Shown here piece by piece: positions 28,967 to 39,811 of a stretch of 63,347 nucleotides of DNA. The notes beneath the pieces are model-generated. The model was not told the origin of the DNA, made no database searches, and was given only the letters and a program-made list of their open reading frames with translations. Position numbers and translations under genes: made by a program. This stretch comes from Acidaminococcaceae bacterium (GTDB taxonomy: Bacteria > Bacillota > Negativicutes > Acidaminococcales > Acidaminococcaceae): the NCBI GenBank assembly GCA_051653445.1, contig JBOFWD010000154.1, positions 1 to 63,347 of the forward strand, given 5' to 3'. Positions within the stretch are counted from its first letter, which is position 1, and every line of letters begins with the position of its first letter.

Positions 28967-29704
28967 TTATTTCTTCAATTCGATGGCTACCCTGCGATAA
29001 GGATCTTCACCCTCACTCAAAGTATTCACCCTGTTATCATTCTGCAAAGCCATATGGATAATTTTGCGTTCATGTGGATTCATTGGTTCCAGGACGACCC
29101 TATCTCCTGACCTTTTAACTTTTTCGGCCAAGCGCAAAGCCAGTCTCGTCAAGGTATGAGCCCTACGCTCTCTGTAATCCTCAATATCAACCATGATACG
29201 GATACGCTCTGCTGCATTTTTATTAGCAACCAAATTAGTCAGATACTGCAGAGAATCAAGAGTCTGACCATGTTTGCCAATGAGAATACCCATGTCAGAA
29301 CCATGTAGTTTAAAAGTCACAGAGCCATCTTCTTTGTTGACAAATTTCTCCATAACCACTTTGATGTTCATGGCAGCAAATATTTTCAAAAGAAAATCTT
29401 TAGCCATTTTTATTGCTTCATCGTTATTAAGAACTACCTTACTTTTTTTGGTTTCACCTTCAGCAACAACTTTTTCTGTTTGCGTTGAAGCTTCCTCGGC
29501 TTCTTCTTTGTTTAAATCTGCTCCAAAAGCAGGTTTAACAGTGACCTTTATTCTTGCTTTACGGCCGCCAAACAATCCGAACAAAGCATCCTTGGCTTCT
29601 TCAAGAATCTCTACATCCACATTTTCTCTGGTTGTATGTAATTCAGCAAGAGCAGCTTCCAGTGCTTCATCGACTGTTTTTCCCGTCATTTCAATAGAAA
29701 CCAT
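28967..29704 (-). CDS. jag: RNA-binding protein Jag/KhpB (Jag-N, KH, R3H)
   Basis: 245 aa. GKHGQTLDSLQYL (KH domain) and a C-terminal R3H-like region (ERKIIHMAL). Confidence 0.9.
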   Translation of the reverse strand: MVSIEMTGKTVDEALEAALAELHTTRENVDVEILEEAKDALFGLFGGRKARIKVTVKPAFGADLNKEEAEEASTQTEKVVAEGETKKSKVVLNNDEAIKMAKDFLLKIFAAMNIKVVMEKFVNKEDGSVTFKLHGSDMGILIGKHGQTLDSLQYLTNLVANKNAAERIRIMVDIEDYRERRAHTLTRLALRLAEKVKRSGDRVVLEPMNPHERKIIHMALQNDNRVNTLSEGEDPYRRVAIELKK

Positions 29705-29727
29705 TACTACTCCCCCTACCTACTAAA

Positions 29728-30375
29728 CTATGCGGAAACTTTTTGTTTACTCATCAAAGCCTGTTGAGCAATCTGCATAATATTCATCACTACCCAGTAA
29801 ATAACAAGACCTGCCGGGAAAGTAAAACTAATATAACCGATGAAAAGAGGCATGAAATATAACATAACTTTGTTTTGAGGACTGCTGGTATCAGGCATGG
29901 ACTGTTTAGATTGGATAAAAGTAGTTAATGCTGACAAAACAGGAAGTATGTAATAAGGATCAGGCAGAGCGATATCTGTCATCCACAGAAAATTCGGATC
30001 TCCTGCGTATTGGAAATCTCTGATACCATAAAAAATACCAAGCATTATCGGCATTTGTACCAAAAGCGGTAAACAACCTGCAAGTGGGTTAACGCCCTGT
30101 TCTTTATACAATTCAGCCATTTTTTGGTTTAAAAGCACTTTGTTATCCTTATATTTTTCCTGCAAAGCTTTCATTTTAGGCTGTAATTCCATCATAGCCG
30201 CAGTTGAAGCAATTTGTTTGGCAGTCAAAGGATAAAGAATAACTTTAACAATAACTGTCATGATAATTATTGCCAAACCATAGTTTGGAATACCGATCAT
30301 TGCAGTCAAGTTATACATAATAGTTACAACCTGTTGTACAAGCGAACTCAGAAAATCCAAAATATCACTCCTCAA
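29728..30375 (-). CDS. yidC: membrane protein insertase YidC (short form)
   Basis: 215 aa. YGLAIIIMTVIVKVILYPLT and GCLPLLVQMPI blocks. Confidence 0.92.
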   Translation of the reverse strand: MRSDILDFLSSLVQQVVTIMYNLTAMIGIPNYGLAIIIMTVIVKVILYPLTAKQIASTAAMMELQPKMKALQEKYKDNKVLLNQKMAELYKEQGVNPLAGCLPLLVQMPIMLGIFYGIRDFQYAGDPNFLWMTDIALPDPYYILPVLSALTTFIQSKQSMPDTSSPQNKVMLYFMPLFIGYISFTFPAGLVIYWVVMNIMQIAQQALMSKQKVSA

Positions 30376-30402
30376 ATCGAAATCTTTATTTTAGCAAATC
30401 CG

Positions 30403-30609
30403 TTAAACAGGATCATAGCCACCGGGATGGAACGGATGACACTTCGCAATTCGTTTAATTGCGAGCCAAACACCACGTAAAACCCCTTTTTTTTGAATTG
30501 CTTCAATCGCATACTGTGAACAAGTAGGATAAAAACGACAAGTAGGCGGGAATAAAGGTGAAATAAATAATTGGTAAAAGCGAATAAGCAGAATACACAA
30601 TTTTTTCAT
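30403..30609 (-). CDS. yidD: membrane protein insertion efficiency factor YidD
   Basis: 68 aa. [11 protein letters not shown] and [12 protein letters not shown] motifs. Confidence 0.9.
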   Translation of the reverse strand: MKKLCILLIRFYQLFISPLFPPTCRFYPTCSQYAIEAIQKKGVLRGVWLAIKRIAKCHPFHPGGYDPV

Positions 30610-30620
30610 ACCGATTTACC

Positions 30621-30983
30621 TCAATTCAACAAACCTGCTCGCTTAACCAGTCTCATAAACACACGATCGTAAGTATTATAATCGGCAGCAATCAATTTCT
30701 TTCTTGCTACCCAGACTATGCGCGAACCAGCTTTCAGTTCATGTTTCCGGACGCGGAATACTTCTCTCATCATTCGCTTAACATGATTCCTCAAAACAGC
30801 TGTACCTAATTTTTTGCCTACGGCAAGACCAATCTGAACTTTATCAGAGGGAGATGTTAAGACATAAATAACAGATAACGAATCAACAACAGAACGGCCG
30901 CTGTTATAAACAAGCTGAAAACCCTTCTTGGATTTGATACGTTCCATTTTTCCAAATTTAAATCTTCTTTTTTTTAATAACAT
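30621..30983 (-). CDS. rnpA: ribonuclease P protein component
   Basis: Basic protein with GLAVGKKLGTAVLRNHVKRMMRE (the RNR-type motif). Start is uncertain: ATG 30983, or ATG 30947 giving MERIKSKKGF, which aligns best with B. subtilis RnpA. Confidence 0.88.
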   Translation of the reverse strand: MLLKKRRFKFGKMERIKSKKGFQLVYNSGRSVVDSLSVIYVLTSPSDKVQIGLAVGKKLGTAVLRNHVKRMMREVFRVRKHELKAGSRIVWVARKKLIAADYNTYDRVFMRLVKRAGLLN

Positions 30984-31039
30984 ATTCACACCCAACCGCA
31001 TGGAAAAAATAGGCCACATCACTGCGGCCTATTTGAATA

Positions 31040-31174
31040 TTATGCAGACAATCTCTTTCTGCCTTTTGCACGTCTTCTTTTAAGGACTGTTTGACCGCCC
31101 AAAGTTTTCATTCTTTCTCTAAAGCCGTGCGTTCTCTTTTTCCTAGTATTATTAGGTTGAAAAGTACGTTTCAT
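31040..31174 (-). CDS. rpmH: 50S ribosomal protein L34
   Basis: Own translation, too short for the ORF track: [47 protein letters not shown] aaggaggtat upstream. Confidence 0.93.
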   Translation of the reverse strand: MKRTFQPNNTRKKRTHGFRERMKTLGGQTVLKRRRAKGRKRLSA

Positions 31175-31304
31175 TCCGTTATACCTCCTTGCCACACACG
31201 TAGTTTTACCAAATTTATCAGACTTTCATTTGATAGCTATACCGATTATATGATAGCTTTCATATACTGTCAAGAATAAAACCATTACATTAATGACAAA
31301 AAAT

Positions 31305-31373
31305 AAAAAAATCCAGATATTTATCCACAGGTGTGGATAAATATCTGGATTTTTTCCACTAACCTGTTGATAA
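31305..31373. other. oriC, dnaA-upstream part: head-to-head perfect DnaA boxes in a palindrome plus one 8/9 box
   Basis: ttatccaca (31321-31329) and tgtggataa (31332-31340) are both 9/9. They sit in the perfect inverted repeat atccagatatttatccaca-gg-tgtggataaatatctggat (31311-31350), flanked by an A-run and a T-run. tgttgataa (31365-31373) is 8/9. Weaker boxes lie at 31352-31360 and 31426-31434. Confidence 0.85.
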
Positions 31374-31543
31374 CTATCCCTGCCTTTGATAGAATAAGTG
31401 TGCAGTGTTATTTCTTCGATAAAAGTTAATCACAGTTTTTTAGCAAATTGTTGAAAACATCCTCATTTTGTTGTTAATTTGTTTATAAATAATATCGTAT
31501 AATTCTGCCACCAATATAAATTTAAATTGAAAGGATGGATAAA

Positions 31544-32944
31544 ATGCAAACGAATAACTTGGCCGACGTTTGGGACCAATTTTTAGGGTATGTTAATAAT
31601 AACAGCAAAAACCCTGGATACGTCAACTGGATTAAAGCCGCCCTTCCTTTGGCCATGAACGAGGATACCTTTGAAATAGGTGTGGAAAAACTATTTATCA
31701 AAGAATGGATCGAATCACGTTATTCGGCTGAAATAGAAAAAACTCTTTCTACTCTGACCGGCAGACCTCTTACTTTGATTGTAACGAATATGGATAGCCC
31801 CAAAACTGACGAAGCTGTTAGCTACAAACCGGAAATAGTAGTTGAAGAGCATTCTGCGGCCGCCAAGCAGGAAAAAAATAGCGTCAATATTGAAGTTTTA
31901 AAAGAATCCGCGGAAAATTTTGAAAGCAATCTTAATTGCAAATATCTATTTGAAAATTTCGTTATAGGTAATTCAAACCGCTTTGCCCATGCTGCTGCCT
32001 TAGCTGTTGCAGAAGCTCCGGCTAAGGTTTATAATCCTCTTTTTTTGTACGGTGATGTTGGTCTCGGCAAAACTCATTTGATGCATGCCATCGGCAACCG
32101 TGTCAAACAAAAATATCCGGAAATGAAGGTTCTTTATATTTCCAGTGAAACTTTCACCAATGAAATGATTTTTTCTATCCAAAAAAATTCTATGGAAGCT
32201 TTCCGCAATAAATATCGTAATATTGACTGTCTTTTAATCGATGATATTCAATTTCTGCGTAAAAAAGAAAGTACTCAGGAAGAATTCTTCCATACTTTCA
32301 ACGCTTTACACGATGCAAATAAACAGATAATCATCTCCAGTGACCGCAAGCCAAAAGAAATTGAAACTTTGGAAAGCCGGCTGCGTTCACGTTTCGAATG
32401 GGGTCTTACTGCTGATGTCCAAGCACCTGACCTGGAAACCAGAATGGCAATTTTGAGAGAAAAAGCTGATCGCGAAGATATTATCATCCCTAACGATGTC
32501 ATTCTTTTCATAGCTTCCGCTATCGAAACCAATATCAGGGAAATTGAGGGTGCCTTTACAAGGGTTTCCGCTTATGCTTCTTTCAATGGCGGCAAAATAA
32601 CCCTTGAAGAAGCTAAGAAAGCTTTGTCAGAATTAAATGACGAAAATAATAACAAACATATATCCGTTGAAGAAATTCAAAAGGTTGTAGCAAACTATTA
32701 CAAAATAAAAAAAGAAGACTTTCTAGCTAAAAAAAGAACGAGAAACGTTGCCTATCCAAGGCAGATAGCCATGTATATCTGCCGAGAAATCACGGATTAC
32801 TCGTTGCCTCGTATTGGAGAATTTTTCGGTGGCCGCGATCATACAACAGTTATTCATGCGTGCGAAAAAATAGGCAAGGAACGCCGCGAAGACGCTGAAT
32901 TGGAAAAAATCATTAAATCTTTCATGGCACAGCTTAAAAAATAA
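31544..32944 (+). CDS. dnaA: chromosomal replication initiator protein DnaA
   Basis: Walker A GDVGLGKTHL, DDIQFL, and a C-terminal DNA-binding domain (RNVAYPRQIAMYI, GGRDHTTV). ATG 31544 is preferred over 31535 on spacing from aaggatgg. Confidence 0.97.
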   Translation: MQTNNLADVWDQFLGYVNNNSKNPGYVNWIKAALPLAMNEDTFEIGVEKLFIKEWIESRYSAEIEKTLSTLTGRPLTLIVTNMDSPKTDEAVSYKPEIVVEEHSAAAKQEKNSVNIEVLKESAENFESNLNCKYLFENFVIGNSNRFAHAAALAVAEAPAKVYNPLFLYGDVGLGKTHLMHAIGNRVKQKYPEMKVLYISSETFTNEMIFSIQKNSMEAFRNKYRNIDCLLIDDIQFLRKKESTQEEFFHTFNALHDANKQIIISSDRKPKEIETLESRLRSRFEWGLTADVQAPDLETRMAILREKADREDIIIPNDVILFIASAIETNIREIEGAFTRVSAYASFNGGKITLEEAKKALSELNDENNNKHISVEEIQKVVANYYKIKKEDFLAKKRTRNVAYPRQIAMYICREITDYSLPRIGEFFGGRDHTTVIHACEKIGKERREDAELEKIIKSFMAQLKK

Positions 32945-33031
32945 CGTCGTCTGTATAAACCTGTTTATAAGAACGATATAAGCTGTGAGCAAACATGTTG
33001 ATATCTCTATACCACTTTTTCCCTGTTTGTA

Positions 33032-33177
33032 TGTGTATAAAAAAACCTATGTTATGAACATTTTGTCCCAAGCGAAAATTAAGGCAGTATCTGTTCTCAA
33101 CAGGTTTATCAACATATCCACAGGCCCTACTACTACGGCTACTAAGTTTTTTATATTATTTAGGCAGTAATAATAAA
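33032..33177 (+). other. oriC, dnaA-dnaN part: DnaA boxes, GC cluster, DnaA-trio array and AT-rich unwinding element
   Basis: tgtgtataa (33032-33040, 8/9). Tandem ttatcaaca (33106-33114, 8/9) and atatccaca (33114-33122, 8/9). Then ggccc, CTA CTA CTA CGG CTA CTA (33127-33144), and an A/T-rich run (33145-33177) abutting the dnaN RBS. Confidence 0.75.
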
Positions 33178-33193
33178 CCAGGAGGTCTTCCAA

Positions 33194-34309
33194 ATGAGAT
33201 TTACTTGTAAAACATCTGTTCTTGCAAAAGCAGTACAAACTGCGAAAAAAGCAATTTCTTCTAATCCTAGTACTCCTATTTTCTCCGGAATTCATTTAAT
33301 TGCTTCTTCGAACCAACTGGAAATACAAGCTATGGACTTAAACATGGCTATTGGCTGCCAAATTGAAGCTAATGTTGCTGAAAATGGCGACATCGTTATT
33401 CCCGCAAAATACTTCTCCGATTTACTGTCTACTTTACAATCAGAAGAAGTTAATATTTGTAAAAACGCTGATGAATCAACTGTCAGTATTGAATCCGGTA
33501 AAGCAAATTTTCAAATAGTTCTGATGGATGAAAACGATTACCCATCTTTTCCTTCAGTAGAGGGAGAAGAAAAATTAATTATTTCTGACGAAGTAATGAA
33601 GGATTTGATCAAAAAAACTATTTACGCTCGTTCAACTGATGAAACCAGACCTCTTTTTACAGGTATTTTATTTGAAAAAAAGGGTAATAATATAACTTTT
33701 GTTGGCACCAATACTCATCGCCTGGCTATTAAAACGGCAGCTATAGACAATAGTGAAGAAAAAGACTTTTCAATGATTATCCCAGGGCGCTTGCTAACAG
33801 AGGTAGTTAATAATCTGAACTCAGATTTACCGCAATCAGTAGTTATCTCACTGCATAACAGACAAATTATTATTAAAATTGGTACAATTACGATTGTTTC
33901 AAGTTTGGTAGAAGGAGAGTTTCCTGATTACAGAAGAGTAATACCACCGAAATTTGAAATAAAAACTCAAGTTAACATCAAAGAATTAGAAGGCGCTGTT
34001 AAAAGAGTATCGCTATTTTCAGCAGATGGTGACTACAGCATAGTAAAGATAAGTGTCAAAGAAGCAGAAATAATTATCAATTCCAGCAGCAATGATGTTG
34101 GTAAAGGACGCGAATCTGTGAGCTGTACAACTGAAGGCGCTTGTTTGAATGTTGCTTTTAACGCCAGATATATTCTTGATATCTTGAAAAATATTGATGC
34201 TGAAGAGGCTACCATAGAACTTAATAATTCATTAAGTCCAGTTTGTATAAAGCCTGTAAGTGAAGAAAACTATCTCTACATCGTTACTCCTGTCAGAGTA
34301 GTATTTTAA
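33194..34309 (+). CDS. dnaN: DNA polymerase III beta sliding clamp
   Basis: 371 aa. Position after dnaA and typical three-domain length. Contains the LFTGILFE block. Confidence 0.97.
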   Translation: MRFTCKTSVLAKAVQTAKKAISSNPSTPIFSGIHLIASSNQLEIQAMDLNMAIGCQIEANVAENGDIVIPAKYFSDLLSTLQSEEVNICKNADESTVSIESGKANFQIVLMDENDYPSFPSVEGEEKLIISDEVMKDLIKKTIYARSTDETRPLFTGILFEKKGNNITFVGTNTHRLAIKTAAIDNSEEKDFSMIIPGRLLTEVVNNLNSDLPQSVVISLHNRQIIIKIGTITIVSSLVEGEFPDYRRVIPPKFEIKTQVNIKELEGAVKRVSLFSADGDYSIVKISVKEAEIIINSSSNDVGKGRESVSCTTEGACLNVAFNARYILDILKNIDAEEATIELNNSLSPVCIKPVSEENYLYIVTPVRVVF

Positions 34310-34319
34310 GGGGGAAAAA

Positions 34320-34544
34320 ATGGAAAAAATTAAAATAGGGATTAAAACTGATTACATAACTTTTTCTAACCTGATGAAATATGCAGGTGTTCTGCAAACC
34401 GGCGGACAAGCCATGGAATTGATTGAAGAAGGATTGGTCACATTAAACCAAAAATCAATAACGGAAAAAAGAAAGAAAATATACCCAGGTGATGTGGTTG
34501 TAATCAAAGGACAGTATGAGATTATTGTTGAAACGGAAGAGTAA
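34320..34544 (+). CDS. yaaA: S4-domain RNA-binding protein YaaA
   Basis: 74 aa. Conserved position between dnaN and recF. S4-like VTLNQKSITEKRKKIYPGDVV. Confidence 0.85.
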   Translation: MEKIKIGIKTDYITFSNLMKYAGVLQTGGQAMELIEEGLVTLNQKSITEKRKKIYPGDVVVIKGQYEIIVETEE

Positions 34545-34546
34545 GA

Positions 34547-35677
34547 ATGAAAATTCAGCAAATTTCGTTAATCAATTTTAGAAATTATCAAAAATTGAAT
34601 TTACGGATAGATGGTTTGGTAAACGTTTTTTTTGGCAACAATGCACAGGGAAAAACGAATGTTTTAGAGAGTATTTTTTATTCGGCTTTCGGCATGTCTC
34701 ACCGCACAGGCAATGAAGATGACTTGGTAAAAATGTCCTGTAGCGAAATGGCAGCCGAAGTCATTTTTAATAATCTTTATGGAGAGCATACATTGAAAGT
34801 GAAAAGGCAGAATATTTGCGAACGCATGAAAAAGCAAATAAGCCTGGATGATAATGTTATAAAAAGTAAAGAACATTATGGGACCCTGAATGTGGTGATG
34901 TTTTCTCCGGAAGATTTACAGATAATCAAAGGAGAGCCTGCACAAAGAAGACGTTTTCTCGATATGGAAATAGCTCAGACAAATCGCTATTACTACGGAC
35001 TTTTAGTAAAATATAACAGATTGCTTCAGCAACGAAATAAATTTTTAAAAGACGCACGTGAAAATGTTTTAGACCATGGCCAGCTAGCTGTCTGGGATAA
35101 TGAAGTAGCAAGCGTAGCAGCGGAAATTATCATTTTAAGACTGAAAGTTCTGAAGAAAATTAACAATATTGCCGGCTCTATCTATAAAGAAATAACCAAC
35201 CAAAAGGAAGAATTAGTGGTCAATTACGAGTTGAAAACTAATTCTTCTGCTATTATTTGTTCACGGGAAGATAGTAAGGAATGCTGGCGTGAATGGTATT
35301 TGTCTAGGCTTCAAGAAAGGCGTAACATTGATATTGCGCGCGGCAGCACAGGTATCGGGCCGCATCGTGACGATCTTTTGCTTACTGTAAATGAAAATAA
35401 TTTAAGGGCTTTTGGATCGCAGGGTCAGCAAAGAAGCGGCGCGCTTGCTTTAAAACTTGCTGAACTTGAATATGTAAAAAAAGAAGCAGGTGAGTATCCT
35501 GTTTTGTTGCTCGATGATGTTATGAGCGAGCTTGACGGCGAACGAAGAAAACAAATACTTAATTTTATTGATGGCAGAGTCCAGACTTTTATTACTGTTA
35601 ACGACAAAACTCTCATACCTGAACTGGCATGCAACAGATATTTCCGTGTCAGTGAAGGTTCTGTCTGCGAGGTTTAA
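34547..35677 (+). CDS. recF: DNA replication and repair protein RecF
   Basis: 376 aa. Walker A GNNAQGKTN, signature GSQGQQRS and Walker B LLLDDV. Confidence 0.95.
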   Translation: MKIQQISLINFRNYQKLNLRIDGLVNVFFGNNAQGKTNVLESIFYSAFGMSHRTGNEDDLVKMSCSEMAAEVIFNNLYGEHTLKVKRQNICERMKKQISLDDNVIKSKEHYGTLNVVMFSPEDLQIIKGEPAQRRRFLDMEIAQTNRYYYGLLVKYNRLLQQRNKFLKDARENVLDHGQLAVWDNEVASVAAEIIILRLKVLKKINNIAGSIYKEITNQKEELVVNYELKTNSSAIICSREDSKECWREWYLSRLQERRNIDIARGSTGIGPHRDDLLLTVNENNLRAFGSQGQQRSGALALKLAELEYVKKEAGEYPVLLLDDVMSELDGERRKQILNFIDGRVQTFITVNDKTLIPELACNRYFRVSEGSVCEV

Positions 35678-35686
35678 CGTGAAACA
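35671..35686. promoter_or_regulatory. degenerate parS-like site (14/16)
   Basis: ggtttaacgtgaaaca versus tgtttcacgtgaaaca. Spans the recF stop codon and the GTG start of the next gene. Confidence 0.3.
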
Positions 35687-36560
35687 AATAGCAAAAACCA
35701 TATTAAAAATTGTAAAAAGCAAAGCTGGTAAAGAAAAATTCCTTGTACATTATCTTAGCAAGAACTGGCTGGAGATTTGCGGCCCCAATATCGCCAAGCA
35801 TTCCAAGCCTAACCGTATTGAAAGAGGAATTTTGTTCGTTAATACCGATAGTTCAGCCTGGTCACATAATTTGTTGATGATGAAACCGCAGCTTTTGGGC
35901 AAGCTTAAGCAAAGTATGGCTGAAATAGGTGCTTTAAAAAACTATGATCTTATGATCAAAGATATTATGTTTTTTAACGGAACAGTTACTGCCGCAAAAG
36001 TACAGGAAGAAAAAGAAGTTAAGCCTAAATTGCTATATATGCCTTTGGAAGCAGAAGAAGAGAATGAAATTCAACAAAAAGTTTCGCAATTGAAAGATCC
36101 TGACATACGAAATGCTTTTGTTAGGATTATGAAAGACGATAAAAAACGTAAAAAAGCTGTTTTTGAAAATTATCAAAAGCAGTGCAGAACATGTCGTGTA
36201 CCAATTATGGGTGATGAGCATTACTGCCCTGCCTGTGAGAGAGAACGAAAGAGTGCTTTATGGCAGAAAACAGCGGAAATTTTACATTCGGCTCCTTGGC
36301 TAACCTACGAGGAGTGTATAAATTATGTTAATTGTGATAAAATGTTATTCGGTGAAATTAAATCAAATATCAAAAGTAAGGTTTATTTAAAGCTTGCCGA
36401 GGAAGGATGCACTGCTGAGGATAAAGTATTTGCAACCTTGCTGGAACTTGGAATTGTTCCGGAAAAACTGACGGATGAACTGATTGAAGAAACAGTTGAA
36501 AGACTGCGGAGGAATATTTATGTATCTTCACCTAGGGGCAGATTGCGTAGTAAAGAGTAG
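35679..36560 (+). CDS. DUF721 (DciA-type) domain protein with a C-terminal zinc-ribbon extension
   Basis: GTG start 7 nt after gagg. N-terminus LSKNWLEICGPNIAKHSKPNRIERGILFVNTDSSAWSHNLLMMKPQLLGKL fits the DUF721 pattern. CRTC-x10-CPAC follows. 293 aa in total. Confidence 0.7.
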   Translation: MKQIAKTILKIVKSKAGKEKFLVHYLSKNWLEICGPNIAKHSKPNRIERGILFVNTDSSAWSHNLLMMKPQLLGKLKQSMAEIGALKNYDLMIKDIMFFNGTVTAAKVQEEKEVKPKLLYMPLEAEEENEIQQKVSQLKDPDIRNAFVRIMKDDKKRKKAVFENYQKQCRTCRVPIMGDEHYCPACERERKSALWQKTAEILHSAPWLTYEECINYVNCDKMLFGEIKSNIKSKVYLKLAEEGCTAEDKVFATLLELGIVPEKLTDELIEETVERLRRNIYVSSPRGRLRSKE

Positions 36561-36786
36561 CGAAATAGTTGGAATTTTCAGCTTGTTGGATAAAAAAGCG
36601 AATATTTACGAAGATTTTGTCAGACTTAATCGTGCAAAATACAAGATTGTTGATTTGGCCGGTGACCTTTTGCCGTCGAGCTGTATTGTCACCAAAGATA
36701 CATTGTATTTATCTGGGATTTCGCCAGGTACTTTGAAACGGCGCAAAGAAGAAGACTTCGGATTAAACGCAGTTTACAAAAGATAA
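36520..36786 (+). CDS. remB: DUF370 protein RemB/YaaB
   Basis: MYLHLGADCVVKSSEIVGIF... aligns with B. subtilis RemB (MYIHLGDDFVVSTRDIVGIF). Start after ggagga. Overlaps the previous gene by 41 nt. Position before gyrB is conserved. Confidence 0.8.
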   Translation: MYLHLGADCVVKSSEIVGIFSLLDKKANIYEDFVRLNRAKYKIVDLAGDLLPSSCIVTKDTLYLSGISPGTLKRRKEEDFGLNAVYKR

Positions 36787-36794
36787 ATTTTTAG

Positions 36795-38732
<1,938 letters not shown>

Positions 38733-38747
38733 GACAAGGAGTAAGTT

Positions 38748-39056
38748 ATGAAAATAAAGAAAAATCTATCTGATGCAGATATGCTGAAGGGCTTCAAGGA
38801 AGAAAAAAGTTTTGAAACAGAAATTCTTGAAGACAGGCATGGAGGAAGTTCTTTTCGCAGAGCTGATAAAGCGGTTAAAACCGGTAAAGAATTATTACTG
38901 CCGGCTGATGCGCAGGAGAAATTAAATAAATATTTACTGGAATTAAGTATGGAATGGTTCAAAAATGGTAATGGTGAAGTTGAATGGAAAGTGCAGAAGG
39001 AAAAAGATCAAATCATCATTAAGCCTGCAACGGTCAAAAGAAAGGCAGTTAAGTAA
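38748..39056 (+). CDS. hypothetical protein (102 aa, charged, no recognised family)
   Basis: ORF with RBS aaggag, 15 nt after gyrB and 3 nt before the next gene. I recognise no motif. Confidence 0.5.
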   Translation: MKIKKNLSDADMLKGFKEEKSFETEILEDRHGGSSFRRADKAVKTGKELLLPADAQEKLNKYLLELSMEWFKNGNGEVEWKVQKEKDQIIIKPATVKRKAVK

Positions 39057-39059
39057 GTT

Positions 39060-39770
39060 ATGAGCAAGCTCGATCTTAATTTGCCGCAGGGTATTTTAAG
39101 TTTATGTCAGTCAAAAAAGGAAAAAATTATTGTGGTTGCGGGCGGACGCAGGCCTGAAATGGCTTGGCTTAAAGAAGCTGCTGTTGCCAAAAAAATTTTT
39201 TGTGCTGACCATGGCATTGATTATTGTTATGAAGCAGGTATTTCACCTGACTTTTTGTGTGGTGACCGCGATAGCGGCAGTCAGGAAAACTGGCTTTTGG
39301 CACAGAATGATGGAGCAAAAATCAAAACTTTTGCCCGCGAAAAAGATGATACGGACTTGCAGCTGCTTTTGAAAGAAATTCCCGAAAACAGCTGTGTCCT
39401 GGCTACCGGCATTTGGGGAGGCCGTTTTGACCATCTTTATGCCAATATTTTTAGTTTGCTGGCATGTAAAAGTAAAAAGGATGCTGCTATTATTCTTGCT
39501 GACCAGGAAGAAATCATGGTTTTGTTGGGTGCAGGCGAAAAAGTGACGTTTTTTCCTTCGCAAAAACCGACAGAAATATCACTGCTTCCTTTCGCTGCCG
39601 AAAGCAAAGTGTCTATTTCGGGTGTTAAATGGCCGCTTAACGGGGCAATTTTATCGCAAAATCATCCTTATGCAATCAGCAACGAGCTAATAGCTGAACA
39701 AGTTACAGCTGATTGTGAATCAGGCTGCAGTGGTTTTTATTTAAAGTTTTTAAAAAACGTTTTGCGTTAA
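39060..39770 (+). CDS. thiN: thiamine diphosphokinase
   Basis: 236 aa. CADHG, GDRDS, KDDTDLQL and GGRFDH blocks typical of TPK. Confidence 0.85.
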   Translation: MSKLDLNLPQGILSLCQSKKEKIIVVAGGRRPEMAWLKEAAVAKKIFCADHGIDYCYEAGISPDFLCGDRDSGSQENWLLAQNDGAKIKTFAREKDDTDLQLLLKEIPENSCVLATGIWGGRFDHLYANIFSLLACKSKKDAAIILADQEEIMVLLGAGEKVTFFPSQKPTEISLLPFAAESKVSISGVKWPLNGAILSQNHPYAISNELIAEQVTADCESGCSGFYLKFLKNVLR

Positions 39771-39811
39771 TTACTTTAAAAAACTAAATTTGAGGTAAAT
39801 TGAGGAGAAAT

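Noticed and set aside
31305-31355. Reading the A-run/palindrome/T-run simply as a bidirectional transcription terminator
   Set aside because: The flanking genes rpmH and dnaA diverge from this spacer, so no transcript needs terminating here. Each arm is built around a perfect DnaA box, so I report it as an origin or operator element instead.
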